A DNA stretch of 64,000 bases from a candidate division WOR-3 bacterium (lineage in GTDB: Bacteria; Hydrothermota; Tepidihabitantia; Tepidihabitantales; Tepidihabitantaceae), in the NCBI GenBank assembly GCA_965649225.1, contig CBFGJX010000007.1:41923-105922 (forward strand). Reading direction: 5' to 3'. Positions within the stretch are counted from its first letter, which is position 1. The number at the start of each line of letters is the position of its first letter. Below are positions 27,596-38,862 of the stretch, piece after piece. A model generated the notes under the pieces. It ran no database searches. It was not told the origin of the DNA and saw only the letters and a list, made by a program, of their open reading frames with translations. A program made the translations under genes and the position numbers.

Positions 27596-28885
27596 CTAAG
27601 GATAGACCTTTTCCAGCATGCGTGGAAACGGGATTGTCTCCCGGATGTGCTTCAGTCCGCAAATCCATGCAACAGTCCGCTCCAGTCCCAGTCCGAAACC
27701 GGAGTGGGGAAAGGAGCCGTAGCGCCTGATATCAAGGTACCACTCGAAAGCCGGCCGGGGCAGATTGTACTCGGCTATGCGCCTTTCCAGCGTTGCCAGG
27801 TCGTCCTCGCGCTGTGATCCGCCGACGATTTCGCCGTAGCCCTCCGGGGCAATCATGTCGAAGGCCAGTGCCAGACTGGGCTGCAGCGGGTCGCGTTTCA
27901 TGTAGAAGGCCTTGATAGCAGCGGGGTAGTGATGAATCATTACCGGCCGGTCAAAAGACTCGCCCAGGAGTGTTTCTTCATCGCCGCCAAAATCGTCGCC
28001 GAAGTCGATCGGCTTACCCTTCTGGCGCAGCAGTTCCACCGCTTCGTGGTAGGAAATACGCGGGAATGGCGAACGGATGTTTTCAAGCGGTTGAACATCA
28101 CGTTCGAGTATTGCCAGTTCGGCCCGGCGCCGGTCGAGAACCCGGGCGACAGTATAGCTGACCAGCCGTTCGGCCAGTGACATTGCATCTTCCAGGTCAT
28201 AAAATGCCGCCTCTGGCTCCAGCATCCAGAACTCCATCAGGTGACGGCGGGTTTTCGATTTTTCGGCGCGGAATGTTGGACCGAAACAGTAGGTGCGGCG
28301 TACCGCGGCGGCGATGGCTTCGTTGTAGAGCTGGCCGGTCTGAGCGAGATAGACCTGTTCGCCGTAGTAGTCGACCGGGAACAGCGTTGTTGTGCCTTCC
28401 CCGGCGGCCGGGGTAAGTATCGGGGTGTCGCCAAGCACGAAGTCCTCGTTGTCAAGGAAGTCGCGCATGGCCTTGACCATTTCTGAGCGAATCCGCAGTA
28501 TGGCATACTGCCGGCGGGAACGCAGCCAGAGGTGTCGATGAGCCATCAGAAACTCAACGCCGTGTTCCTTGGGCGAAATCGGGTAGGGCTCAGCGGCGGC
28601 AATCAGCTTCAGCGCTGAGGCGGCAAGCTCGAAGCCACCCGGCGCGCGGGGTTCGGCGCGGACGGTACCGGTGATTGCGATACACGACTCCTGGCTGACT
28701 GCGTCAGCCAGTTCAAAGTCTGCTTCCGAGACGTCGTTTTTGAGAAAGACGCATTGCACAATGCCGGTGCCGTCGCGGAGCAGGACGAATCTTATTCGCC
28801 CTGAAGACCGGGTGTTATACACCCAGCCGCTCAGGGTGACCTGTTGACCAACATGCTTGCCGATTTCTGCGATGGTCACTGTCAT
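27596..28885 (-). CDS. asnS: Asparagine--tRNA ligase
   Basis: OB-fold [66 protein letters not shown]. Confidence 0.95.
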   Translation of the reverse strand: MTVTIAEIGKHVGQQVTLSGWVYNTRSSGRIRFVLLRDGTGIVQCVFLKNDVSEADFELADAVSQESCIAITGTVRAEPRAPGGFELAASALKLIAAAEPYPISPKEHGVEFLMAHRHLWLRSRRQYAILRIRSEMVKAMRDFLDNEDFVLGDTPILTPAAGEGTTTLFPVDYYGEQVYLAQTGQLYNEAIAAAVRRTYCFGPTFRAEKSKTRRHLMEFWMLEPEAAFYDLEDAMSLAERLVSYTVARVLDRRRAELAILERDVQPLENIRSPFPRISYHEAVELLRQKGKPIDFGDDFGGDEETLLGESFDRPVMIHHYPAAIKAFYMKRDPLQPSLALAFDMIAPEGYGEIVGGSQREDDLATLERRIAEYNLPRPAFEWYLDIRRYGSFPHSGFGLGLERTVAWICGLKHIRETIPFPRMLEKVYP

Positions 28886-28891
28886 TGCCCG

Positions 28892-28976
28892 ATTGTAGGG
28901 GTTCGCCCGGGCAAGTCAAGGTGACAGAATCTCTGTCTGTGGACACAATTGACTTGGGGGCAGTTTAGGCTAGGCT
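28892..28976. promoter_or_regulatory. Divergent promoters for asnS (probably leaderless) and the tRNA-Ser/gltX/glnS unit
   Basis: Minus: TTGACT(28919-28914)-N16-TACAAT(28897-28892), 6 nt before ATG 28885. Plus: TTGACT(28949)-N16-TAGGCT(28971). Confidence 0.6.
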
Positions 28977-29000
28977 AGTGCCGGCTTGATGGCACGGCCT

Positions 29001-29087
29001 GGAGGGCTAGCCTAACTGGTAAGGCAGCAGACTTGAAATCTGCCGGCTCAGCGATGGGCCTTGCGGGTTCGAATCCTGCGCCCTCCG
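29001..29087 (+). tRNA. tRNA-Ser(TGA)
   Basis: GGAGGGC/GCCCTCC acceptor stem, GCAGA-CTTGAAA-TCTGC anticodon arm, long variable arm, GGTTCGAATCC; CCA not encoded. Confidence 0.95.
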
Positions 29088-29125
29088 CTGCAATGTCTCA
29101 GGGCCTGTTGCGAGTCTGTGGTTTC

Positions 29126-29215
<90 letters not shown>

Positions 29216-29372
29216 TGAGAAAAGCAGTGTTCCGGTCAGAACGTCGCGTGAGCGATGCGGGATTTCTCCTGATGAAGACAGGTCAGACCAGCTTTGTGTC
29301 CGCCGGCTGGCGTGGTCTTGGCGTTGTTGATGTCAGCCTGAGTGTCACCAGTTACAGGCCCGGGTTCTGCTC

Positions 29373-30977
29373 GTGAGCGACGTACTGGGACAATTGCCCC
29401 GAACGGCGGTCGGCGAAGTGAGGGTGAGGATCGCGCCCTCTCCGACTGGAACGATTCACCTCGGTCTGGCCCGTACAGCGCTGTACAACTGGTTGTTTGC
29501 CCGGCACCACCGCGGCCGGTTCATTCTGCGAATCGATGATACCGACGCTGGGCGCAACGATGAGGCTGCACTGCGGCCGATTCTGGATGGGCTGCGCTGG
29601 CTTGGACTTGACTGGGACGAAGGGCCGGAGGTAGGGGGTCCGCATGAGCCCTATTACCAGTCACAGCGGGCCGAACGCTACCAGGCGGCGGTGGCAGAAC
29701 TGATCAGACGCGGGTTCGCCTATCGCGATTATGCTACACCTGAGGAAATCAAGGCTGAACGCGATGCGGCACTCGCCGCGCGGGTGAACTGGCGCTACAG
29801 CCGGCGGTGGATGGCGTCTGACGAGGCTGATTGCCGGCGGTTTGAGGCCGAGGGTCGGAAAGCCGTCGTGCGGTTGAAGATGCCGCAGGACGGGAAACTG
29901 GTGATTGATGACCTCATCCGTGGCCGGGTTGAGTTTGACTGGGCGCTGGAGCAGGATCACGTTGTTCAACGGGCCGATGGTTCCTGTCTTTACCACCTTG
30001 CCAATGTCGTTGACGACTACGAATTCGGCATAACTCATGTCATTCGCGCCGAGGAACATCTTTCCAATACCCCGAGGCAGGTCTTTATTGCTCAGTCGCT
30101 CGGCTGGCCGGTGCCGCAGTATGCTCATCTGCCGTATGTAGCTGAACCAGGCAGCCGCAACAAATTGAGCAAGCGCAAGGTCAAGCAGTATCTTCGGAAC
30201 CCTGATTTTGCCGAGCTTGTCGATCGCGGTCGCCGGATTGCCGCGGCAATCGGGCAGAGCACCAGTGATGATGCGGTCAATCCGGTCGCCCTCGAGTTTT
30301 ACCGTAACGCCGGGTTTTTACCCGAAGTCCTAGTAAACTATCTGGCGCTGCTGGGCTGGTCGCTTGATGACCACACCGAGCGGTTCGAGCTTGATGAGCT
30401 TGTCCGGCTCTTTACGCTTGAGCGGGTCAACCGGGCCCCGGCAAGTTTTGACCCGGCCAAGCTGCTGGCGTTTCAGGTGCGGCGAATGATGGAATTGACC
30501 GTAGCCGAACGGACCGAGCTTGTGCTGCCGTTTCTGGTTCGAGCCCGACTGGTTGCTGATCCGCCGACAGCAGCGGAACGCAGCCTGACGGCTGCCGTGG
30601 TCGCGGCGGCCGGTGACCGAATCAAGATGGCGGGCGACATTCTGGAGTACAGTGAGTTCTATGTTGAGCTGGCAGAGCTGCGATATGATGCCCGGGCAAA
30701 GGCGAAGTACCTGTCCAGTTCTGCGGCACTGGAGCTGCTGGCGGGCTTTCGCGACCGGCTGTCACGGATTGAGTGCTTTGAGCCGGCGGTACTTGAACGG
30801 GAACTGGAGAATTACGCCGCCGCGCAAGGTGTGAAGCCGGCGGCGGTGGTGCATCCGCTGCGTGTTGCGGTGACGGGCAAGAGCATTGGTTTTGGCCTTT
30901 ACGATGCACTGGCGATACTGGGGCGTGAACGCTGCATCGGCCGAATCGATCGGGTATTGAAAGAGGAGAGAACTTGA
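29373..30977 (+). CDS. gltX: Glutamate--tRNA ligase
   Basis: [12 protein letters not shown] (HIGH), [29 protein letters not shown] (KMSKS), PLRVAVTG. Confidence 0.93.
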   Translation: MSDVLGQLPRTAVGEVRVRIAPSPTGTIHLGLARTALYNWLFARHHRGRFILRIDDTDAGRNDEAALRPILDGLRWLGLDWDEGPEVGGPHEPYYQSQRAERYQAAVAELIRRGFAYRDYATPEEIKAERDAALAARVNWRYSRRWMASDEADCRRFEAEGRKAVVRLKMPQDGKLVIDDLIRGRVEFDWALEQDHVVQRADGSCLYHLANVVDDYEFGITHVIRAEEHLSNTPRQVFIAQSLGWPVPQYAHLPYVAEPGSRNKLSKRKVKQYLRNPDFAELVDRGRRIAAAIGQSTSDDAVNPVALEFYRNAGFLPEVLVNYLALLGWSLDDHTERFELDELVRLFTLERVNRAPASFDPAKLLAFQVRRMMELTVAERTELVLPFLVRARLVADPPTAAERSLTAAVVAAAGDRIKMAGDILEYSEFYVELAELRYDARAKAKYLSSSAALELLAGFRDRLSRIECFEPAVLERELENYAAAQGVKPAAVVHPLRVAVTGKSIGFGLYDALAILGRERCIGRIDRVLKEERT

Positions 30978-32665
30978 ACGAAGAAAGGTCTGCACCCCGC
31001 AACTTCATTGAAGAGGCGATTGAGGAAGACCTGGCGTCGGGACGTTACCAGCGAGTACAGACCCGGTTTCCGCCGGAGCCAAACGGTTATCTCCATATTG
31101 GCCATGCCAAGGCGATTTGTATTGATTTCGGCATGGCGGAGAAGTACGGTGGGAGTTGCAACCTGCGCTTCGATGACACCAACCCGGTCCGTGAGGAGAC
31201 CGAGTACGTCGAGTCGATCAAGGCCGACATCCGCTGGTTGGGGTTTGACTGGGGAGACCGCGAGTACTACGCCTCCGACTACTATGAACAGCTTTACCAG
31301 TGGGCGGTCGAGCTGATTCGCAAGGGCAAGGCTTATGTCTGTGACCTGAGCGCAGACGAAATTCGTGAGTACCGCGGTACCCTTACCGAACCCGGTCGTG
31401 AGAGTCCCTACCGCAACCGCAGTGTCGAGGAGAACCTCGAGCTCTTTGAGCGGATGAGGCGCGGCGAGTTTCCGGACGGGGCGCGAACCCTGCGGGCAAA
31501 AATCGACATGGCCTCGCCGAACATCAATCTGCGCGATCCGGTGATGTACCGGATTATCCATGCCCGTCATCATCGGACCGGTGATACCTGGTGTATTTAT
31601 CCCAGTTACGACTGGGCGCACGGTCAGTCGGACTCGCTGGAAAGGGTTACCCATTCGCTGTGCTCGCTGGAGTTTGAGGACCACCGTCCGTTGTATGAGT
31701 GGTTCATCCGGGAGCTGGGAATATTCCCGTCGCGCCAGATCGAGTTCGCCCGGTTGAATCTTACCTACACGATGATGGCCAAGCGGCGACTGCGCGAACT
31801 GGTTGAGAGTGGCGTCGTGCGGGGCTGGGACGATCCGCGCATGCCGACATTGTCAGGGCTGCGTCGACGTGGCTACACCCCTTCGGCGATCAGGGAGTTC
31901 CTGCGCCGGGTCGGGGTCGCCAAGACCGACAGTGTCGTTGACATCGAGCTGCTTGAACACTGCCTGCGTGAGGATTTGAACCGAACCTCGGAGCGACGCA
32001 TGGCCGTGATCCGGCCGCTGCGGCTGGTGATCGAGAACTATCCCGAAGGGCAGGTGGAGTGGTTCGATGCGGTGAACAATCCTGAGGACCCGGCGGCCGG
32101 GACGCGTCGGGTGCCGTTCTCGCGGGTGCTCTATATCGAGCGCGATGATTTTCGCGTCGAGCCGCCGCCGAAATACTGGCGACTGGCACCCGGCCGTGAG
32201 GTCCGTCTGCGCTATGGCTATATCGTGCGCTGTACTGGTTTTCATCTTGATCCGGCCACCGGTGAAGTGCAGGAGGTCATCTGCAGTTACGATCCGGCGA
32301 CAAGGGGCGGAGATGCTCCGGATGGGCGTCGGGTAAAATCGACGCTGCACTGGGTGTCTGCCGCTCATGCCGTCAAGGCCGAGGTTCGTCTCTATGACCG
32401 TCTGTTCACTCGGCCCGACCCGGATGATGCCCCGCCGGGCCAGGACTGGCGTGCTAATATCAACCCGGCTTCACTGGTGGTGTTGCCGGATTGTCGAGTT
32501 GAACCGGCCCTGGCCGACAGCGTGCCAGGCGACCGCTGGCAGTTTGAGCGGCTTGGGTATTTCTGTACCGATCCTGATACCACGCCAGGACACCCGGTTT
32601 TCAACCGGACTGTCACGCTGCGTGACCCTTGGGCCAAAATCGAAAGGTCACTGGCCGCCGGCTAG
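30974..32665 (+). CDS. glnS: Glutamine--tRNA ligase
   Basis: [79 protein letters not shown]. Confidence 0.96.
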   Translation: MNEERSAPRNFIEEAIEEDLASGRYQRVQTRFPPEPNGYLHIGHAKAICIDFGMAEKYGGSCNLRFDDTNPVREETEYVESIKADIRWLGFDWGDREYYASDYYEQLYQWAVELIRKGKAYVCDLSADEIREYRGTLTEPGRESPYRNRSVEENLELFERMRRGEFPDGARTLRAKIDMASPNINLRDPVMYRIIHARHHRTGDTWCIYPSYDWAHGQSDSLERVTHSLCSLEFEDHRPLYEWFIRELGIFPSRQIEFARLNLTYTMMAKRRLRELVESGVVRGWDDPRMPTLSGLRRRGYTPSAIREFLRRVGVAKTDSVVDIELLEHCLREDLNRTSERRMAVIRPLRLVIENYPEGQVEWFDAVNNPEDPAAGTRRVPFSRVLYIERDDFRVEPPPKYWRLAPGREVRLRYGYIVRCTGFHLDPATGEVQEVICSYDPATRGGDAPDGRRVKSTLHWVSAAHAVKAEVRLYDRLFTRPDPDDAPPGQDWRANINPASLVVLPDCRVEPALADSVPGDRWQFERLGYFCTDPDTTPGHPVFNRTVTLRDPWAKIERSLAAG

Positions 32666-32739
32666 GATTTGCGTCCGCGCCTCTCTGACGTTATAATTTA
32701 CCGTTGATTGACTGGTGAGCCCTAACCGGGAGGCACAGA

Positions 32740-33369
32740 TTGACGCTTTTTTCCAAACTCAGTTCGGCGCAGGGCGTTCGGATGCTCTGCGGCGCTACCC
32801 TGACAGTTGACAGTACTGCTGGTTCTCGTCGCCGGTTTGGTTTTCGAACCGCCAGTCCAAACGGCCAGGTTCTGCCCGCACACTACGTTCTGCTGGCAGT
32901 TCACTATTACAGCAACATTCTGAGCCGCTATCCGCGTGACCAGTCGCGTACCTACGTACTTAGTTCGGACCTACATTGGATGGTTCATTTGATAGTTGAA
33001 CAGGGCGTGTGGCCCGATTCGGACCTGTTCCGCTATGCTGGTGTGGCTGATTCGGCTGAGCTGGTGACCGGTGTTGAACTAAATGGGCCGGCGATTGGGG
33101 CGGCGCTGATTCGACCGCTGCTGGGCGAGGACCTTGACATTGGTATAGAAATTCCGCCTGGGCTGCCTGATGAGGACGTCAATCTATCGGTGATTGCGAT
33201 GATGCAGGGGGTGCTGGCCCTGCTCGACGAACGGGGCTTGATGCTGATGGACCATGTCCTGCGCAAGGTGAGGCTTTATCACAACGAAGGCGCCGACTAT
33301 TCCGACCCGGCGATTGCGGCACGATTGGTGAATCGGGCGTTTCGAGAAGCGTCCGACGGCGGCAACTAG
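32740..33369 (+). CDS. Hypothetical protein
   Basis: 209-aa ORF with GGAGG RBS and upstream TTGCGT-N17-TATAAT (32669-32697); no recognisable motif. Confidence 0.65.
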   Translation: MTLFSKLSSAQGVRMLCGATLTVDSTAGSRRRFGFRTASPNGQVLPAHYVLLAVHYYSNILSRYPRDQSRTYVLSSDLHWMVHLIVEQGVWPDSDLFRYAGVADSAELVTGVELNGPAIGAALIRPLLGEDLDIGIEIPPGLPDEDVNLSVIAMMQGVLALLDERGLMLMDHVLRKVRLYHNEGADYSDPAIAARLVNRAFREASDGGN

Positions 33370-33383
33370 AGCATTGAGTGCGG

Positions 33384-33417
33384 GCGTCGGGGCGCAGGCA
33401 GCACTGCGCCCCGACGC
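33384..33417. terminator. Hairpin between convergent genes (probable bidirectional terminator)
   Basis: GCGTCGGGGCGCAG-gcagca-CTGCGCCCCGACGC, perfect 14-bp stem. Confidence 0.65.
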
Positions 33418-33429
33418 GTCTGTTGGTGG

Positions 33430-36400
33430 TCATTCCTTCCGGTCGTTTCTCAGAGCAGTCTGAGCCGTCCTGGCCAGTCGAATTTTTTCGGTACGGTTTT
33501 CGAAGATCACGTAAAGAACCGGAATGAAGATCAACGGCAGGAAGGTCGAGAATATCAGGCCGCCGATGATCGCCCGGCCCAATGGTGCCCAGAGCTCTGA
33601 ACCTTCGCCCAGCTTGAGCGCCAGCGGGATCATGCCAAAGATCGTGGTCAGTGAAGTCATCAGTATTGGCCGCAGCCGAACCCGGCCTGCCTCTTTGACG
33701 GCATCGTACAGGGCCATCCCGTGTCGCCGCCGGAGTTGATTGACGTAGTCGATATAGACGATGCCGTTATTGACCACGATGCCGAGAAGTACCAGTACAC
33801 CGAGCCCTGATGTAACCGAGAGCGGCGTGCGGGTGATGAACAGGGCCCAGAGGACACCGATTATGCCGAAGGGAACTGTGAACATGATGATGAAAGGGTC
33901 GCGGAACGACTCGAACTGCGACGCCATCACCATGAAAACCAGCAGAAATGCTATCAGGACTACCAGGGCCAGGTCCCGGAAGGTGTTGATCATGTCCTCG
34001 TAGGAGCCGGACAGACGAATCTCAAAGCCAGGCGGAACCTTTATCGGCTCGATTGCTCTTGCAACACGGCGCGACAGCGATCCGGATGAAACTCCGACCG
34101 CCTTGCCGGTGATTGAGACAATCCGCTCGGTGTTCTTGTGGGCGATTTCAACGGGACTGGTGGCGGTAGTCACCGTGACGAGACTGCGCAGCGGCACCGA
34201 ACCAAGCGGCCCGTTGATTGAGAGGCCGAGGATATCCACCAGCGAACCGCGCTGGCTTTCGTCCAGCCGCATCAGAATGTCGTACTCTTTACCGCTGCGC
34301 CGGAAGGAGCTGGGTACGGTGCCTTCGATTTGAGTTCTGAGTGCGGAGCCAATCTGGTAGGGCGAAAGGCCATACAACGCCGCCTTTTGTCGGTCAACCA
34401 CAAGTCGCAGTTCGGGCTTGCCTGGTTCCCGGGTGCTTCTGACTTCGGCGAGGCCGGGGATAGTTTCGATTGCGGCAATTACCCGGGCGGTCAGGGAGTC
34501 GGCGGTGGCCAGGTCGTGGCCGATGATGTCCAGCTGGATTGCAGCGCTGCCGGCACCGGCCATCGAGCTGAAGGACCGTTCAGCTGTCGTTACGCGCAGA
34601 CCTGGTATCTGGGCAGCAAACTGCCGGATGCCGCGGTCAATTTCCTCGGTTGAGTGACGGCGCTGCCTGCGTTCTTTGAGGATGATGCTGATTTCGGCGG
34701 AATTGGTACTGGAGCTGCCGAAGATCGCCGAATAGACGGTGGCGCCGGTCCCGACCTGGGCAGCGACCCCGACGACATCATCGCGCCATTCAGTCAGGAT
34801 GTACTTCTCAAGCCGGGCAGCGGCAGAGTCGGTTTTCTCAAGCGAGGTACCAACCGGCATGTCGACTGTGACCTGGTGGAACCAGCTTTCCTGGCCGGGC
34901 ATGAATTCCGCCCCGATAAGGGGAAGGAGGCCGAGACTGACCAGAAGCAGTGCCACGGTTCCGAACACGACGAGCCGGCGTCGGCCAATCGCCCAGGCAA
35001 TCAGGCGGTTGTAGCCGTTTTCGAGTCGGCAGTAGAGCCGTTCACTCCAGCCGCGCAGGCCGCCGCTGGTACTGTCGGGAGTCGGGATGCTCAAGAAACG
35101 GCTGGACAGCATCGGGATCAGTGTCAGCGCGACCCCGAGCGAAGCGACCAGAGAACCGACGACAGCGACCACGAGCTCGCGGAAGAATATCTGGAGCAGA
35201 CCGCGGACCAGCAGCATCGGTAGAAAGACAACGATGGTGGTGAGAGTTGACGCGGTGATTGCCATCGCGACTTCTTCAGCGCCGAAACTGGCAGCGGCGA
35301 GTGGTTGTTCACCGTTCTCACGGCGCCGAAAGATGCTTTCGAACACAACTATGCCGTTGTCGACGACCATGCCAACGGCGATCGCCAGACCGGCCATCGA
35401 GAGGACGTTGATCGAGAAGCCGAAGATGAACATGAAGAAGACGGCAAAGAAAATCGATACCGGGATGGCAAAAGCGACGAACATCGTCGCGCGGAAGCGG
35501 CGCAGAAAGATGAAGAGAATCATTACTGCAAGGATACCACCGATAAGGATGTTGGTCGTGACACTGGATATCGATCGTCGTATCTGGCGGGACGAGTCAA
35601 AGAAAATACTGGCATCGACCCCGGACGGCAGTCGGCTGCGCAGCCGCTCGAATTCAGACCGGGCGGCAGCGGCAACGCGGACGGTGTTGGCGTCGGGGCG
35701 GCGCTGGAGGACGACGAAGACGCAGTTACGGCCATCATAGCGCGCCCGACTCTGGCTCTCTTCCGGCAGCCAGTCGACGTCGGCGATGTCCCGGAGCAGG
35801 ATCGGTGCATTGCCCTTCGTGCCGACGACCGTGCCGCGCAGGGCTTCGATGTTGTCGTATTCGCCCACGAGCCTGATCAGGTAGCGGCGGCTTCCGGCGG
35901 TTACCGAGCCGGCAGGGAAGTTGAGATTCTGAGCCTTGAGGGTCATGGCCAGGTTCTCGGTGGTGACACCGGAAGCAGCGAGTCGGGCCGGGTCGATCCG
36001 GACCTGGACCTGCCGACGGGTGCCGCCAGCGACGTTGACGGCAGCGACGCCCGGGACGCGTTGCAGCGCATCGGCGAATTCCTCGGCGACGTCACGCAGC
36101 TCCGTCGGATCAATCTCGCCGTAGAGACCGATTTGCAGCACCGGCATCATCGAGGGGTCGAATTTGAATACGAACGGTTTCTGAACGTCGGCAGGCAGCA
36201 GCGCCACGGCCATGTCCAGTCGGTCGCGGACGTCCGAGGAAGCCGCGTCCAGGTCAGTGCCCCACTCAAACTGGATCTGGACGATTGAGGTGTTTTCGAG
36301 CGACCGCGACGTGATCGAACGGATGTTGGGGATCGTTCCGACACGCTGCTCGATGGGTTCGGTGACTTCCGATTCAACTTCAAGTGGTCCGGCGCCGGGG

Positions 36401-36552
36401 TAGAAGGTGGCGATGGCAATCATCGGCAGTGTAACGTCGGGGAAGATATCCACCGGCATCCGGGTAATGCCTACGATACCAAATACCAGCAGCGCGATCG
36501 CGACCATCGCGGTCGTGACCGGCCGGCGAATTGCGGTGTCGCTGAGTTTCAT
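33430..36552 (-). CDS. RND (HAE1/AcrB-SwrC type) efflux permease
   Basis: IRRPVTT, YPGAGP.EVE, GMVVDNGIVVFE, AITASTLTT, GIVVNNGI, RLRPILMTSLTT. Confidence 0.95.
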   Translation of the reverse strand: MKLSDTAIRRPVTTAMVAIALLVFGIVGITRMPVDIFPDVTLPMIAIATFYPGAGPLEVESEVTEPIEQRVGTIPNIRSITSRSLENTSIVQIQFEWGTDLDAASSDVRDRLDMAVALLPADVQKPFVFKFDPSMMPVLQIGLYGEIDPTELRDVAEEFADALQRVPGVAAVNVAGGTRRQVQVRIDPARLAASGVTTENLAMTLKAQNLNFPAGSVTAGSRRYLIRLVGEYDNIEALRGTVVGTKGNAPILLRDIADVDWLPEESQSRARYDGRNCVFVVLQRRPDANTVRVAAAARSEFERLRSRLPSGVDASIFFDSSRQIRRSISSVTTNILIGGILAVMILFIFLRRFRATMFVAFAIPVSIFFAVFFMFIFGFSINVLSMAGLAIAVGMVVDNGIVVFESIFRRRENGEQPLAAASFGAEEVAMAITASTLTTIVVFLPMLLVRGLLQIFFRELVVAVVGSLVASLGVALTLIPMLSSRFLSIPTPDSTSGGLRGWSERLYCRLENGYNRLIAWAIGRRRLVVFGTVALLLVSLGLLPLIGAEFMPGQESWFHQVTVDMPVGTSLEKTDSAAARLEKYILTEWRDDVVGVAAQVGTGATVYSAIFGSSSTNSAEISIILKERRQRRHSTEEIDRGIRQFAAQIPGLRVTTAERSFSSMAGAGSAAIQLDIIGHDLATADSLTARVIAAIETIPGLAEVRSTREPGKPELRLVVDRQKAALYGLSPYQIGSALRTQIEGTVPSSFRRSGKEYDILMRLDESQRGSLVDILGLSINGPLGSVPLRSLVTVTTATSPVEIAHKNTERIVSITGKAVGVSSGSLSRRVARAIEPIKVPPGFEIRLSGSYEDMINTFRDLALVVLIAFLLVFMVMASQFESFRDPFIIMFTVPFGIIGVLWALFITRTPLSVTSGLGVLVLLGIVVNNGIVYIDYVNQLRRRHGMALYDAVKEAGRVRLRPILMTSLTTIFGMIPLALKLGEGSELWAPLGRAIIGGLIFSTFLPLIFIPVLYVIFENRTEKIRLARTAQTALRNDRKE

Positions 36553-37478
36553 CGGGTGCCTTCCTCGATCGGGTTGACGGTTTCACCATCTTTGACCCGC
36601 TCCTTGCCGGTGGTTGCCACCGTCTCGCCCGGCTCAAGGCCACCGGTGACTTCAATGAAGTCATCGCCGGCAAGGCCGGTCGTGATCGGACGCATCCTGG
36701 CGGTACGGTCGCGGACGACAATCACCCGCGCCGAACCGTCGATCAGCAGGGCATCGGTGGGAATCCGGACAACGTCAGGCTTTGCTTCAAGCGTGAGGCG
36801 GATGGTGACGGTCATGCCGGGCAGGAGCCGGCGTTCGGAGTTGGGCAGGGTCACCTCGACGGTCGCGGACCGTGACATCGGGTCGATTATCGGCGAGACA
36901 CTGGTAACACGGCCGGTGAAAACCAGCGCCGGCATCGTTGATACGGTTATCTCGGCCGGAGCACCACGACGGATGAAGGGCAGGTCGGCGTCGCTGACCG
37001 CAGCCCGGGCTTTGACACTTGACGAGAAACGGGAAATCGCGGCAACCGGCTGGCCCGGTGCTACGGTCTGGCCGACGTCGGCGTAAATCCGACCGACAAC
37101 TCCGGCAACCGGGGCGGTTACGGGTCCCGGTTTGTAGTCCATTCCCGGAACGTCGTTGACGATGTAGAGAATCGGGTCGCCTTCGGCGACGGTCGAGCCT
37201 TCCGGCCGGACTATTTCGGTAACCCGACCGGCAAATTTCGGCAGTGCCATTGCCTGGGTCTCGCCCTGCAGCATGCCCAGCAGGCGGACAGTCCGGACGA
37301 CCGACCCCCGGTCAACGGTCCATACCGACACGGCGGGGATCGGCCGGGCACGGTTATCGTTTCGGCGCTGCCCACAGGCAAGCATGACCGAAAGGGCGGC
37401 GAGGGCAGCTGCGATGTAGTGATAGCAGCTGGCGGCCTTGAGCCGGTTGGCGGATTGAGTGATGCGACAATTGTTCAT
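36549..37478 (-). CDS. RND periplasmic adaptor (MFP) lipoprotein, apparently lacking the alpha-hairpin
   Basis: Lipobox MLAC; lipoyl halves PKFAGRV..EGSTVAEGDP and TAPVAGVV; SPIIDPMSRS; LLPGM; GLEPGETV. Confidence 0.88.
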   Translation of the reverse strand: MNNCRITQSANRLKAASCYHYIAAALAALSVMLACGQRRNDNRARPIPAVSVWTVDRGSVVRTVRLLGMLQGETQAMALPKFAGRVTEIVRPEGSTVAEGDPILYIVNDVPGMDYKPGPVTAPVAGVVGRIYADVGQTVAPGQPVAAISRFSSSVKARAAVSDADLPFIRRGAPAEITVSTMPALVFTGRVTSVSPIIDPMSRSATVEVTLPNSERRLLPGMTVTIRLTLEAKPDVVRIPTDALLIDGSARVIVVRDRTARMRPITTGLAGDDFIEVTGGLEPGETVATTGKERVKDGETVNPIEEGTR

Positions 37479-37479
37479 G

Positions 37480-38862
37480 TCAGTTGTCTCCTGTTGTCTC
37501 GCCGGTGGCGCGGGCCAGTCGGGCCAGGGCAATACGGTAACTGGCAAGGGCATTCAGGCGCGCCATCTCGGCCTGCATTAGGGCAAGCTGGGCGTCGAGG
37601 TATTCAAGGTTGGTCAGCAGGCCGTTGGCATAGCGGGTCTCGGCCAGCTCAACCGCGGTCCGGGCGACGCTGACGTTTTCGGTGTGATAGGCGACATTTT
37701 CGGCTTCGGCGGCCACGGCCAACGCCTGAGCCTTGACTTCCAGTCGAATGGCTTCTTCAACCTGTTCAAGGCTGATGAGGGCCTGGCGCTCGCGGGCGCG
37801 GGCTTGGCGCAGTTTCGCGATGTTGCTGCCACCGGTGAAGACCGGCCAGGACAGGCCGGCAGTGATGTTCCAGTCGTCACCCCAGCCGGGCGTGAATCCG
37901 ACCGGGTTCTTGTAGTCGTAGTTTAGCTGGGCAAAGGCGGTGGGCAGGTTTGCAGTCCGGGCGATGTCTTTGCCGATGCGGGCGATACGCAGTGCCCGTC
38001 GCAGCTGTGCGAGTTCGGGCCGGCGGTCGAGTGCCAGTTCGATGGCGGAATCGAGCGAAACCGGAGTTCCGGTCACGAAAAGCGTGTCGGCGAGTTCGAT
38101 CGGAATGGCGTCATCAATACCGATTACCGAGCGCAGTGCCGCCTCGGCCAGACGTGCACCATTTTCGGCCTGGGCGAGCTGGGCGCGCAGGTTGGTGAGC
38201 CCGACCGAGGCACGGAGCAGATCAAGCCGGGTGGCAAGACCGTTGTCATAAAGCGTCTGCACTCGACGGACGTGTCGGTCGAGCTGGCTGCGGGATTCGG
38301 TCAGCAGGGCGACTCCGGCGCGAGCCAGCTTGGCGCGCCAGAACGCCTCGATGGCCTGGATCTTGACGTCGGCACGCGCCTGCTGGAGCGCCAGCCGCTG
38401 AATTTCCGCTGTCAGCCCGGCGATACGGTAGGCGCCGAGCAATTTGCCCCAAGTAAAAAGGGTTTGCTGAACTGTGGCCCGGAGCATGACATTGTCGGCT
38501 GAGCCCAGTTTCAATCGCGAGGTGTCAGCACCAATCGGCATTGCGATTGAGTCGGTATAGCCGATGACCTGGCCGGTCGCTGGGTCGTAGACCCGGAGCG
38601 GGAAGCGGCCGTACACCGGGGTGAGAAGGGTAAACTCGTTGACGGTCCCGAGGCGGGTGTAAGAAGCGGTTGCGTTAATCTGTGGCAGCATGGCACCGAA
38701 CGCCGCCCCGCGTCCGGCGGCCGCTTCGTCAAGTCGGGCCCGGGCTGCGGCGATGGCACGGTTGTTCTGGAGTGCCAGCTGGACGCAGCGGTCGGCATCG
38801 AGGCGCAGTGTCTCGGCGCCGGCGGAGACTGCAATCAGCAGAATTGGAAACAATCGAAACAT
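37480..38862 (-). CDS. TolC-family outer-membrane factor
   Basis: ALQNN, MLPQI, QTLFTWG, LYDNGLATRLDLL, RRPEL, PVFTGG, RYANGLLTNLEYLDAQ. Confidence 0.92.
   Translation of the reverse strand: MFRLFPILLIAVSAGAETLRLDADRCVQLALQNNRAIAAARARLDEAAAGRGAAFGAMLPQINATASYTRLGTVNEFTLLTPVYGRFPLRVYDPATGQVIGYTDSIAMPIGADTSRLKLGSADNVMLRATVQQTLFTWGKLLGAYRIAGLTAEIQRLALQQARADVKIQAIEAFWRAKLARAGVALLTESRSQLDRHVRRVQTLYDNGLATRLDLLRASVGLTNLRAQLAQAENGARLAEAALRSVIGIDDAIPIELADTLFVTGTPVSLDSAIELALDRRPELAQLRRALRIARIGKDIARTANLPTAFAQLNYDYKNPVGFTPGWGDDWNITAGLSWPVFTGGSNIAKLRQARARERQALISLEQVEEAIRLEVKAQALAVAAEAENVAYHTENVSVARTAVELAETRYANGLLTNLEYLDAQLALMQAEMARLNALASYRIALARLARATGETTGDN

Noticed and set aside
29001..29087. Possible tRNA-Sec or suppressor tRNA
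   Set aside because: The anticodon is TGA (reads UCA, Ser), with a normal 7-bp acceptor stem; Sec would need TCA.
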